A stretch of 63,304 nucleotides of DNA, counting the filler, from Craspedostauros australis (lineage: Eukaryota), in assembly GCA_030167865.1 (NCBI GenBank). It is 8 parts of 8 records of this genome, joined end to end, with 100 filler letters (N's around TTAATTAATTAA, not from the genome) between each part and the next. Parts side by side here need not be neighbours in the genome. Positions count along the whole stretch, not along the records: positions 1 to 3,523 come from JALAGF010000912.1; positions 3,624 to 34,226 come from JALAGF010000913.1; 6 more parts are not named here. One strand, written 5' to 3'. The notes below the pieces were generated by a model. The model saw only the letters and a list, made by a program, of their open reading frames with translations, was not told the DNA's origin and did no database searches. The position numbers and the translations under genes were made by a program. Shown one piece after another: positions 1 to 11,388 of the stretch (within the stretch, counting starts at the first letter, position 1; each line of letters starts with the position of its first letter).

Positions 1-478
1 TTTCATGTCGTTGGGCGTCATGCTGACATGAAACGGAGATTTGTGACGGATGTCGACGTGAATCCTGACGCAGTCACCTGCAGCTGCATCTCGAAAGCCT
101 CGCTTGCCGACTTCGTCCTGCCTTGGTGGTTGCGTTGCCTCCATGGTCTTGAGAGATCAGAGAAGAGTATGTGTGGCCAGCACTGCAAGCGTGCGTACGA
201 ACCTCATTGTGGAGATGACCACATGTGATAGTTGTATGTGTGAATGCTCTCACTCCTCTGTTGAGTATTGGAGAGTAATTCAGTATTGTTATGTAATACA
301 TGCATTTAGAGCTTCACCGGACCTCTGGCGGTGGCAAGCTTCTTGCCCTTTGAGGTTGGTTGGATGATCTTGCCGGATCGCTTCAGGATTTCCAGTCGCG
401 TCATGTCCTTGACGGAGCTTCCCACGTTCCATTCCTTGCCCATGCCGCCTGCCATGGCCAGCTCGTATTCCTCGCGAG
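1..478. repeat. Segmental duplicate/contig overlap: reverse complement of 3624-4101 and 34327-34804 (Utp14 3' end and downstream)
   Basis: Direct sequence identity; identical ORF translations at the three positions. Confidence 0.95.
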
Positions 479-2856
479 ATTTGTACGGGAAAGGGACGTC
501 GCCCAGCATGAAGGCGTTGGCCGTCTTCTTGATTCGTTTCTCGTTGATGATGACGTTGGGGCGTGTTTGTTTCCGTGTTTGTTTGCGTTTGCCAGAATCG
601 CTGCCGTCCAGCATGGAGGACAATGCGACAGATTTCTTGTTGCTGCCGCGCTTCTTGTTTCGCTTGGATTTGGAGGCAGGTGGGGGCGGTGGCATCTTCA
701 CGCCGTCGCCAGTCCAGGATCCCCAACCGCGTGAGTTGGTGAGCTTGGCATCCCTCTTGTCGATTGCCTTGCGGGTGGGATCATTGCGCTGCTCCATTTC
801 CTCCCGCTCGGCCTCGAACTCTGCCACAGCCTCGTCCTGCGTCGAGGTGACGAAGGCCTGTCGGACGAGCTCATCTTGTGTCTTGTCGGCAATCGATTTC
901 GCTGTCGTCGATTGACGTCGAGTTGCTGACACTCTTGTCAGCATTCATCCAGGGATTCTCCTTCTCGTCACCACCGCTGGCACCGTCCCTGTGTTGGTGT
1001 TCTATTGGTGGTGTGGATCTGTTGTTCTTGTCCTTCTTCTGTTGCTTCTTTGATTTGTTGACGTTGCTGTTTTCGCCCTTCGCTGCGGCTGTCTCGCCGT
1101 TGCCAACCGTAGATGTTGTTGCGGAAGTCATCTCGAAGATGGCCCCATCTTCCAAATGCGACGGTTTCTTCCCACCAGACTGTGGCAACGACGGCGAGGA
1201 CGGCGATGAGGACTTTGGTTTCTGTGCTGCTTCTTCGACGTCGTCACTGTCGCTACCATCATGGTCGTCATCATCGTCATCGTCATCGTCATCACTGTCA
1301 TCATCTGCTGTGACATCGATCCCCCCGCTCATCATGACGACATTGGAGTTTCAAAATTCCAAACAATTCGTCATGAGCTGGCCCTTGTTGGGGACTGTGC
1401 TCAACTCCTTTTGGCTGGCCACGGTCTTTTGCTTCTTGGGTGCGGTGGCGGCCACTGCATCATCACCATCACCATATCCAAAGTCACTGTTGGTGTCATC
1501 AAAGTCATCCCTATCACGTGCAGTGCCTTCCTGCAGTTCCTGGAGCAGCTCCCTGACCTCCAACTGTGCCTTCTCACGTTGTTTCTGCAAACCTTCTTGC
1601 ATGAAGGATAGCTTGAAAAGTCTCTTGTTCTTGCTGGGTATGGCGCTGTCCACATCGTGATTCTCAATTTCGGACAGCGTCCGCTTGGCCGCTACGATCA
1701 GCCCGTCTTCGTCCATGTTGCCATCATCGTCGTCGTCGTCATCGTCATCGTCGCTGCCATCCTTGCCGATCATCTTGTTCCGGAGCTCATCGCCGCGCTT
1801 GAGCTGCGCCGACAGGGAACGGCGTGTCGCCAGATCCACGTTCTTGCCGCGCTTGAGAATGCGCTTGGCCCATTTGCTGGTGTTCTTGTGTGCCAAGGTG
1901 AGGCGTTCCCGGATGCGCTCCATCTCCCCCTTCACCTGCAGCTCCAACTCGAGCTGCGGGTTGATCTTGATGGCTGCCTCCATGTCCTTCTTCTTTTGGC
2001 GTTCGCGCTGGCGCTTGCGGATGCGGCGGTAGGTCTTAGATTTGATCTTCTTCATGTACTGACTCTTCTGCTCCTGGTAGGACAGCAAGGCGCGGACCTG
2101 CGCCAGCTGAGCGTGGCGGTGCTTGTATTCCTCCATGGTGATCTCATTTCGTCCAAGATCGTCGTCATTGTCATCATCGTTGTCATCGTCGGCGTCGTTG
2201 TTGTCATCATCAAAGCCATCGCCTCCTCCTTTGCCGGCCTTACCTTCGGCAACCTCCTGCTGTTTGGCCTGCTCCTCCAGGGCCTGCTCCAGATCGCGTT
2301 CAAAGTCGTTGGACGCTTCGAACTTGTCGACGAAGGTGTCCTTCGTGACGCTGGTTTCGGCACGATGCGCACCCGTGTTGGCCTTGAAGTCCAAGGTCTC
2401 CGCCTTGCGGTTGGTCTGGATGGCCTGCGTCCAGCCACCCATCTCCTTCTTTTGCTGTCCGTAGGCCTCCTTGCGCTGCAGACGGTTGGCCTTGACGTGC
2501 GCCATGGGAGCGAGGGTGGTCTGCACGGCGCTGCTGCGACTGTCGGCGGCCATGGTCTTTTGCAGATCGGAAAAGCCCCTCGTGTCCTGCAGGCCCGCCA
2601 TGAGGTGGTCCAGCGTGAGCTTGGAGAATGTCTTGCCTGCGGCGTTGTCCCCGGATGCCACATCCATGAGCTGCTGTCCAATGAAGGTGGAGAATTCGGA
2701 TTCTGGAACTTGGGACATGTGTTTGTACGCAGAGTGTTTGGAGGCTTGTATCATCTCCGTTGATGCCATGCTGTTTGTAAGACTGATTGATGTACTCGTT
2801 GTCGATTGCTCTCCAATATGGCGCGCTGCGGTGAAGTGCGCTTCTGTCCTCCCCAA
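306..2856 (-). pseudogene. UTP14: Utp14 (U3 snoRNA-associated protein 14) homolog, disrupted
   Basis: Utp14-like motifs LAHKNTSKWAKR, LFKLSFMQ, GWGSWTGDG, PNVIINEKR, VPFPYKSREEYE. ORFs 1351..2856 and 871..1335 are in one frame separated by a TGA at 1351-1353 (LEF*NSNVV). A frameshift at ~900-945 leads into 306..944. No intron explains either lesion. 5' end uncertain. Confidence 0.8.
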
Positions 2857-2879
2857 GTTGTTTCTGTACTTCCAAACTG

Positions 2880-3523
2880 GTACTCATCCTCATTTCGTCA
2901 TTCCAAAGTCCATCTTCTTTCAGTTGGATTGGTGCATCTCCCGCTTCCATCGTTCCATGAATGAGTGGATCATGCGCCTGGGGTGATGGTGCGCCATCCT
3001 CTTCTCCCATAGACCGTCGCTGTGCACGAATTCGCGTGGAAGTTGCGCATCTGAATCGATCTGCTTGTGTCCTTCCTCTGTTGTCAGCTCGGGGTCGCAG
3101 GAGGATGCCGCTCGCATGGATAATCACACCGAAACCCGAAGTTGGCGGAGTTGTGCAGATCCATGTGTCTGGCTTGGCAACATTGCCAACAGTGCTGCTG
3201 CCATTGAGGGGATGGAAACCGTTGGCCACTCCCTTGCACCCATCAAAGCCCGTGTTGCATGGCAGCAACAACATGATGCGCGTCAACAATCCCAACCACC
3301 GACATGTCATTGCTCATTCGACTCATCCCTGTCTTGGATGGTTCCAGATGGTGATAGGATCGTTGAGTGGTTGGATGGTTGAGTGGTTGGACGGTTGGGT
3401 GCACAAGTATGCGTATGCGTATGGTATGAAGACAGCAGATGATGGAGCGTGCAGCATCAAGTGAGCTTTGGATGGTGGTGACTGCGACCATTCGAATGGA
3501 GGTGGAGATGGAGATGGAGATGT
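2880..3523. repeat. Segmental duplicate/contig overlap: reverse complement of 38972-39615
   Basis: 644-nt match; ORFs 2961..3464(+) and 39031..39534(-) translate identically. Confidence 0.95.
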
Positions 3524-3623
3524 NNNNNNNNNNNNNNNNNNNNNNNNNNNNNNNNNNNNNNNNNNNNTTAATTAATTAANNNNNNNNNNNNNNNNNNNNN
3601 NNNNNNNNNNNNNNNNNNNNNNN
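3524..3623. other. Artificial contig linker 44N-TTAATTAATTAA-44N; also at 34227-34326, 39616-39715, 43254-43353, 56875-56974, 57995-58094, 61398-61497
   Basis: Identical 100-nt structure seven times; the 12-mer gives stops in all six frames. Confidence 0.98.
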
Positions 3624-3797
3624 CTCGCGAGGAATACGAGCTGGCCATGGCAGGCGGCATGGGCAAGGAATGGAACGTGGGAAGCTCCGTCAAGGACATG
3701 ACGCGACTGGAAATCCTGAAGCGATCCGGCAAGATCATCCAACCAACCTCAAAGGGCAAGAAGCTTGCCACCGCCAGAGGTCCGGTGAAGCTCTAAA
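3624..3797 (+). CDS. UTP14: Utp14 3'-terminal fragment, truncated by contig start (second instance at 34327-34500)
   Basis: Encodes REEYELAMAGGMGKEWN...RGPVKL*, identical to the end of 306..944. Confidence 0.75.
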
Positions 3798-5037
3798 TGC
3801 ATGTATTACATAACAATACTGAATTACTCTCCAATACTCAACAGAGGAGTGAGAGCATTCACACATACAACTATCACATGTGGTCATCTCCACAATGAGG
3901 TTCGTACGCACGCTTGCAGTGCTGGCCACACATACTCTTCTCTGATCTCTCAAGACCATGGAGGCAACGCAACCACCAAGGCAGGACGAAGTCGGCAAGC
4001 GAGGCTTTCGAGATGCAGCTGCAGGTGACTGCGTCAGGATTCACGTCGACATCCGTCACAAATCTCCGTTTCATGTCAGCATGACGCCCAACGACATGAA
4101 ACGAAATGAAACACCACACCATCCCACAACATCCCACACCATGGAAGAGAGAGGCGGTGAGCTATGACAAAGTCGTGGACAGCCATCGCTTCCGTGACCG
4201 ACCCGTGGATTCCGCAATGAAGTTTGCCGTATCATGCCCATTGCTGTGTGAATACACGTAGGTATCAGAGTTGCTGTGACTCCCTCAACACGCAGCAACC
4301 CACGACGAGCAATGTGTGTCGACACTCAGGATCCCTCCACTGTGTATCATTGTGGCGGTTTCTGCTCTCTGTGGGCGTCTCCTTGTTGTGTTCCTGGAAG
4401 GTGAGGATCGTGGAGCGAAAGCACGAAACGAGGAAACGACCAAACGCGACAACACAACATGTGACCAGTTGCGGTATCTTGGTGTCTGTTTCATGACCAA
4501 CTCGAATGCTATCCAGATCATTGGACATCGGCATCAACATCGACATCACCAAAGATCCAAAGGCTGCAGGCCACCTCTTGGTTCTGCCATGATACTCGTG
4601 CCCAAGATGCAATTTTTACCACTCCAACAGTAAATGCATCCACATACGCGCGCGCAACCAGGTCCACCTCCGTGTCATCGTCATTGCCAAGCGGCACATC
4701 TGATAACAGATGCCCCCTCATGGACATCATGGACATCATGAACATCATGTGGGCACAAGAGAGGGATGGTTCATGGATCTCAATCCCCTTCATGTAACAG
4801 AAGCAGGAGCCACGAGAGCACCTCACTCAGCCGCCAAACAAACGATGACATACAGTGTGCGAATGAGCTGATTGGAGATGGACAAGAGTGCTCAAATCAG
4901 ATCAAATTGGATGTGCGGCATTCCACAATAGCGTTGCCATTCTTAACCATTGTCAACCATTCGCTACCATTCGTTACCACCTTACAGTGAACCATACTTC
5001 ACCTTACTCTAACAGAGTAGTTGAAGTGCGATGAATC

Positions 5038-7449
5038 TCATGGGTAGCATTCCACGTCCCCAATTTGCCTCTTCCTGCTCATCACCTTCACCTCTGCAGT
5101 CCCAGCCTTGTCGCCTTTGCTGCCTTTGCCATCATCATCATCGTTGGGGACGTTGAAGTTTTCATCCGTCATCTGCTCAAACAATGCCAACATTCTCCCA
5201 TCGCGACCTTCCTCTTGTGCGCACTGCAACGGCGTATCACCCCTCTTGTTCTGCATGTGCGGATCGATCATCTCCAATGTCATCAGATACTCAACCACTT
5301 CCAAATACTCGCCTTTCACAGCACAGTGCAACACTGTATCTCCCTCTTCGTTCGCCATGTTCACATCCACATCCACGTTGTTCGATTCGACCAACAGTTT
5401 CATCTTCTCAGCTCGAATCTTGTGATCATCGCTCTCGCTCTCCCTTTCATTTTCGCTTTCGCTCTCACTTTCACACCTGTGTTCAGATACATTTCTATCT
5501 GCTCCTTTGCAAATACAGTGCAATGCTGTATCTCCCCTGCCGTCTCGCAACGTGGCATCCACTGAGTCGCATCCGATCAGATCCCGAAGGACAGAAACAT
5601 CACCCTTCTTGCATGTGAGATGGAGGAGCGTGGTGCCATCATGATTCTGAATGTTCGCGATTGCTGTGACATTCTCCCTCAACCGTTGCATGATCTCCAT
5701 ATCACCAACGGTATCACCATCACCAACGTCATCATGGCTGTGCTTGTTGGAGAGATCGGTGAGGTTGGTTGTGGGAATGATTTGATGTTGAATGAAGTCG
5801 AAGACGTGACGAAGCCTGACGGTGTGATTGAAGGTGAAGAACATGCCCCTGTTGAACGCAATGTGGAGGGGTGTATCGCCATCTTTGTTTTGGATGTTGA
5901 GGCTTGCATCGGTCTTGCGTGACTGTAGTAATTCCTTGATGAAGCTTCGCCTCCCTCTCAAGCAAGCGATGTGGAGAGGCGTATTCCCATGGCTGTTTTG
6001 AATGTTGAAGATGTCGTCGATATCGATATGGATGCCATTATCGTCGTTTTGGATGTTGAGGCGTGCCTCGCTCTCGAGTGACTGTAGCAATTCCTTAGTG
6101 AAGCTTCCCCTCCCGCTCAAGTAAGCGATGTGGAGAGGCGTATTCCCATCGTTGTTCTGGGTGCGAAGCATGATGCGAGTGAGGATGCGATCATGCTTCA
6201 TCAGATACTCAACCGCGTCAAAGGCCAGCCAACCCCCGCAAGCGATGTGGAGCGGTGTATTCCCATCGTTGTTTTGAATGCTCCCATTGGCGGTAGCGTT
6301 GGCATTGATGTTGCAGTTGACGTTGATACCAAGCATGCTGTTGATATCGATACGATCCGTTTCCATCAGACACATAATTGCATCTCTTGTCCCCCATAGG
6401 CAGGCAAGATGCAGCAGCGAATCGCCACGGTGGTTTGGTCCAATCACCTCAGGACGAACATCGAGTTCATCTAAATCCAACAGATATGCGATCATTTCCT
6501 TGTTTCCACGGTCACAAGCATGATGGAGTGGAGTGTTCCCATTGTTGTTTCGGACGTTGACGTCGATATCGACGCCAATCTTATCCGACTCCATCATGTA
6601 TCTGACAGTATCGATGCGAACGAACATACATGCAACATGCAAAGGCGTGGAACCTTCCTTGTCCTGTTTGTTGATGTAAGCGTCAACGTCGACATGACTC
6701 GATTGCACCAAGTATTCCAGCACATCGGGTCGTTCGCTCTGGCATGCGTGATGAATCAATGTGGAACCATAATTGTCTTCCATGGTCATGGACACTCGGC
6801 CAGATTCCATTAAATACTTCACGGTCTCAGCGTTGTCGTGTCTGCAGGCATGATGAAGCGATATCTGGCCGTCGTCGTCTTTGAGATTGGCGTCCACGTC
6901 GATTCGATCGGACTCCATCAGATACTCAACAATGGTTTTGCGTCCACTCGAACAAGCGAGGTAGAGTGGTGTTTGACCAATGTCGGTTTGTATCTTGACA
7001 TCCACATCGATTTCATTCGATTCCACCAAGTATTCAACGATGCTCCTGTGTCCATTCGAGCAAGCATAATGAAATGGCGTGTGCCCTGTACTGTTTTGGA
7101 GATTGACATCCACATCGATTCGATCAGACTCCACCAGATACTTCACGATCTCCTTGGTTCCATGAGAACATGCATGATGAAACACAGTTTCGCCGCGCTT
7201 GTTTGCCGTATTGGAAGGGATGACCGCTCCGTCCGCATACGATTCAACTAGATCTTGGACCTCTGTCAAGTTCTCATAGTGGCATGCACGATGCACCTGT
7301 CTGATCCACTCACAGATGGCCTTGTTACTGCGTATGGTACATTGATTCCATTGTGAGGAAAGAGACATATGGTTGGGAAGTCGAGGTTGAATTGGACCAG
7401 AGAAGGAAAGCATCAGCACCAGTGTGAGTGACAAGTACGAATGCAACAA
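5038..7449 (-). CDS. Ankyrin-repeat protein, copy A (~800 aa; first in-frame ATGs at 7413 and 7368)
   Basis: Many GxTPLHxAC / TxLH repeats along an intron-free ORF. Confidence 0.9.
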   Translation of the reverse strand: MLHSYLSLTLVLMLSFSGPIQPRLPNHMSLSSQWNQCTIRSNKAICEWIRQVHRACHYENLTEVQDLVESYADGAVIPSNTANKRGETVFHHACSHGTKEIVKYLVESDRIDVDVNLQNSTGHTPFHYACSNGHRSIVEYLVESNEIDVDVKIQTDIGQTPLYLACSSGRKTIVEYLMESDRIDVDANLKDDDGQISLHHACRHDNAETVKYLMESGRVSMTMEDNYGSTLIHHACQSERPDVLEYLVQSSHVDVDAYINKQDKEGSTPLHVACMFVRIDTVRYMMESDKIGVDIDVNVRNNNGNTPLHHACDRGNKEMIAYLLDLDELDVRPEVIGPNHRGDSLLHLACLWGTRDAIMCLMETDRIDINSMLGINVNCNINANATANGSIQNNDGNTPLHIACGGWLAFDAVEYLMKHDRILTRIMLRTQNNDGNTPLHIAYLSGRGSFTKELLQSLESEARLNIQNDDNGIHIDIDDIFNIQNSHGNTPLHIACLRGRRSFIKELLQSRKTDASLNIQNKDGDTPLHIAFNRGMFFTFNHTVRLRHVFDFIQHQIIPTTNLTDLSNKHSHDDVGDGDTVGDMEIMQRLRENVTAIANIQNHDGTTLLHLTCKKGDVSVLRDLIGCDSVDATLRDGRGDTALHCICKGADRNVSEHRCESESESENERESESDDHKIRAEKMKLLVESNNVDVDVNMANEEGDTVLHCAVKGEYLEVVEYLMTLEMIDPHMQNKRGDTPLQCAQEEGRDGRMLALFEQMTDENFNVPNDDDDGKGSKGDKAGTAEVKVMSRKRQIGDVECYP

Positions 7450-8454
7450 GGAGGCTCATACGCGCAGTCGTATTTGTGTACACCTCTCCAGAGATGCGGC
7501 CAAGCCAAGCCAAACCAAACCAAGACAACTCACACTTCCAATTGACCGCTGGACATGTTGATCGTTGTTCGTGTGATGCTTTTGATCCTGTCTATGTTGC
7601 TGGTTGCGTGGGTAGTGTCGATTGGATGAATCACTGTCTGATTGCAACAAGGAGTGTACTATACCGTACCAATGATTGTCTCATGTTTCCTGGGACAACC
7701 TCAAACAGCACGACTGCGCGCCGCCGGAATAGTGGTTGCGTCCGCGAGCATGTGTCAGCAACAGTCCTTTCAGAGCAGAAGAGAACACCCAATTTCGAGG
7801 ACCACAACTCGAAGCAGTAGCAACAACAGCAACAGCACCAACCAACGCTCGATAGGATCGCCTTCTGTGTGTTTTGAGGTCTTCCCTTTGCAGCACCTAC
7901 CAGTTCGCAAGCGCCAGAATCCATTCTTCGCCATCTTTGGTGTTCGTTTTCGCAAACAGAAAAGAAATTCGACAACCGGACGAATCGTTGGTGTCAACGT
8001 TTGGGTTCTTGATGAAGTATGTCCGGATGTCCTCGTTCCAATGATACCGAAACCGTCTCCTCGAGACCAACCATGTCGCCTGTTCGCGAAAATGATGACA
8101 CGAATGGTGAATTGTTTGACGTTGATTGGCTGCAGAACAGAATTATCCATGACTCGGAAAGTCGAAAGAATCCAACAAGCTGAAGAATGGCACATCGACG
8201 TCAACCACTCGCTGGATCGCACCACATCGCCACCTGATCCATCGTTCTTCAAAATCACATCACAACACCAGAATCTATCAATCGATCAATCAATCCATCG
8301 ATCAAACCACCGATCACTGGAGGGTGAAGGCCTTGCCATCATAACCTTCTTCTTCTTCCTAACTTGCAATCTCAGTGCAAAGCGAAGGAACATTGGCTGA
8401 GCAGAGAAGAGCAGAACAGAGCCACGCCTACCATACAGCATCTGTGCACTGAGG

Positions 8455-9782
8455 ATGACACCGCAGAGGATGGAGACCCACCATGACGAGATGGCGCCGC
8501 TGAACCCGCAGAGGACTGCGCCAGATGCAGCGGAAACGGGATCCTGGCATCCGCGGCATACTGCCAGGGCCAGAAACCGCAAGGTTGCGGTGTTTTCCGT
8601 CGCTGCCATCGCCATCCTGGCTGTCATAGTCACGATGATCATGTTTGCATCCATCAGCGCCAGCCGCGATAGCAAAGACGCATCGGCCGCCTCTTCGAAC
8701 CACCACCACCACAAGACGGGGCATCACGGCAAGTACTCGACGGTGCTGTCCCTGTCAGCCTCGCCCGATATTCCGTCGGGCTGCGAGACCACCTTCCTCA
8801 TCTTCCGCCACTGTGACAAGTACGGCCCCGGCACGCAAGACGAACAGGGCAACTCCCATTGTTCCTACGTGGGCTTTGAACGCAACCAGTTCATCGCGAA
8901 TGAGATTTTCGGACCAGGCAACCGATGGCCGACGCCGTCGCTGGTCTATGCCTACACGACGCAGCGTGGGAATCACTTGAACTTCCGCGAAGTGGAAACG
9001 GTGGAGCCGCTGGCGGACAAGTACCATCTTGATGTTGTCATCTCCGATGATTCTTCCGCGTTGGCGGACGATTACTTCGATCGTTTGATGAGCGGCGAGA
9101 TGTGCGGCAAGGTGGCCTTGGCTAGTTGGAAGCATTCGTTGATCAGCAAGCGTAAGTGGAAGAAGAGAAGAGTAGTTGGTGTGAGATGACCTTGGTATAA
9201 TTGGACATTGGATCATGGTGAAACTTCAGTGTCTCCGAAGGTCGGAGAGCGACACATCGAGTGTGCTGCCATGATGTCTCTCTTTGTATGGTGCAATTCT
9301 ATTCTGCCTCTCACATTGGTCTCATTGCATCGTTTTGGTTACATTCTGGTGGCATTTTCATGAACGACGACATGCTCCACCTTTCCAACACAGTGTGCGA
9401 AACTCTCGGCAACAACATGTGCCCCTCCGACTATCCTGAGGATTCGTTCGATCAGGTTTGGCAATTGAAGTTCGTCTACGATCCTTCGAATTCGCCAGTG
9501 ATCACTCAAGCCCACTTGCGCCACTCGAACCAACCGCACAAGAAGCATGATGCGACCCTTAGCTCCAGATCTGGCAAAAAGTACGACAGCCCGGGCCAAT
9601 GGTACTCCTACCTCGCTGTGACGCAGCAAGGTTTCGATCCGTTGCAATACAGCGCCAAGTTTGGCGATTACGGTGCTGGCAATCAGCAGCATCCGGCACT
9701 GTCGCAGCACGACACTCTGCAAGGAACGCCCGTCGCTGGCGGATGGATCACATCCACGCAAGATGAGCATGAAGAAATTTAG
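8455..9782 (+). CDS. Type II membrane-anchored histidine-phosphatase (phosphoglycerate mutase)-like protein, paralog 1; exons 8455-9151 and 9394-9782
   Basis: N-terminal TM helix; FLIFRHCDK resembles the RHG motif; later R-x-x-ET and WKH. Intron GTAAGT at 9152 to CAG at 9393 gives SLISK-L-CETLG, matching paralog 2. Confidence 0.7.
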
Positions 9783-9922
9783 AGAGACATAAGGAGCACG
9801 GTAGTGCAGGGCACACAGGTGGAACCATTCCGCTCTATTGACTGCCCGTACTTTCAAGGGTGATAAATATCAACATCGACTATCGAGAGCACCCCTGCGT
9901 ACAGCACGTCAATTGATCCCGA

Positions 9923-11356
9923 TCAAAACCAATAGTTCACACTGATACTCGTCGTCAACGACCGAACGTAGTGCCAATGACGAGATGGAATAAACAAGCA
10001 ATCTCCTGGATACAGCACAACCTCCGTGTGCTCCGCTTCCTTCGCCAACGGGCGCTTGTCGTAATCTTCGCACTCGCATTCGATGCTGCTCATGTTGCCC
10101 TGAGATGCGTACTTGTCGTCAATGCTGTCTTGCATGTTCTTCACGTACAGTTTCGACGTCCATTTGGGATCATACAGCCGCACGTACTTGACTCCCACGA
10201 TCTGGACCAGCAAGTTATCGTAGCTGTCGAAGTGGAGGGGAGTGCGCGTCCCGCCCGTTCCCATCCAAACGTTGATGCGAGATGGATGCACTCCATGCGG
10301 ATGTGTCGGAACCTGTTGACTCAACCCGCTCACCTGGTCCAGCAAATGGTGTTGGGCAAGATAGGCAACGCCGCTGGTATTCGCTTCTGTAGACGCCGAC
10401 ATCTTGCTATCCTCCAGCGTCCAGCATGACTGTTTCGATGCTGATGGCTCCATGTACCTGGAAACGAAGGACCGGAACGACATCAATCGTTCTGTCATCT
10501 TGGTGTACATGGAACCAATCTCGATCGGGACCAGCCGATGGCCATGCCTGTGAACGAGCTGATTCAGATTCCTCCATTCGTCAACGGCTGCCCATTCGGA
10601 TCCAAACTGCCGCAACACAAGCGGCGTTGATGTGGTCGCCAGCACTGCTTGCAGTTCCATGTTCTGCCAATCCATCTTTTCTTCAGCTGGATTTGCGATT
10701 GGTTGCGACAGCGCCGATGACACTTCATGTTGCGTGCGGATCGCATCTAAGCGATAATCAGCGATCGAACCATGGATAGCGGGCGGACATGGCGCCGAGG
10801 CCATCCCGTTGGAATGATCCTCCACGTATTGGAAGAGCCCGCTGATGTGCTTGCGAATGGCTGCGCCACCCACGATCATGGCCTTATCCAGCAGTTTTAT
10901 CGCCACCAAGAAGCTGCCTTCCTGCGCGTACCCAACAGCACCCGTGATGCATGCCGCAATGTATACGATCTGATCCGTCGGATTTGGCCATGTCTTCTCC
11001 CGGTTCAGTAGCCCGAAGAGGATCCCTTCCAACTCGCCACCTGTCAGTCTCATCATGGAGTAGTCACGTTCTTGGATGCAGCCCGTGCACTGCTGCGCGA
11101 GCTTGACGATCGTGATTCGTTCAGGTTTGTTGTTGCTGGTGTCATCTCTATGCTGATTGCCACTATCTCCAGCTTGAGAGACGTTGTTTGCTTCCTTGGT
11201 CACATCTGCTAAGCTTTGGACGACGTACGACGAAGCCGGTGCCATGATCTTGAGTGGGATGGCACCATGGATGGACTTGTTCAGTACAGACTCCAGCCGT
11301 TCCGCAACAGCATCGAGCTTGGCTTCACCAGAGAGGCCATCGGTTTCCAATCCATG

Positions 11357-11388
<32 letters not shown>

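Noticed and set aside
1657..2763. Long antisense ORFs (also 21732..22529, 28892..29785, 45654..46832, 53402..54391)
   Set aside because: Shadows of GC3-biased coding sequence on the opposite strand; no independent motifs.
2300..3310. 336-aa minus-strand ORF overlapping the Utp14 5' region
   Set aside because: Its 3' half is an alternate frame of Utp14 and no family motif is recognisable.
3524..3623. Recurrent TTAATTAATTAA palindrome within N runs
   Set aside because: Artificial contig linker. ORFs running into it and gene adjacency across linkers are not biological.
7642..8400. 252-aa ORF between ankyrin A and phosphatase paralog 1
   Set aside because: Non-ATG start, spans a divergent promoter region, low-information translation.
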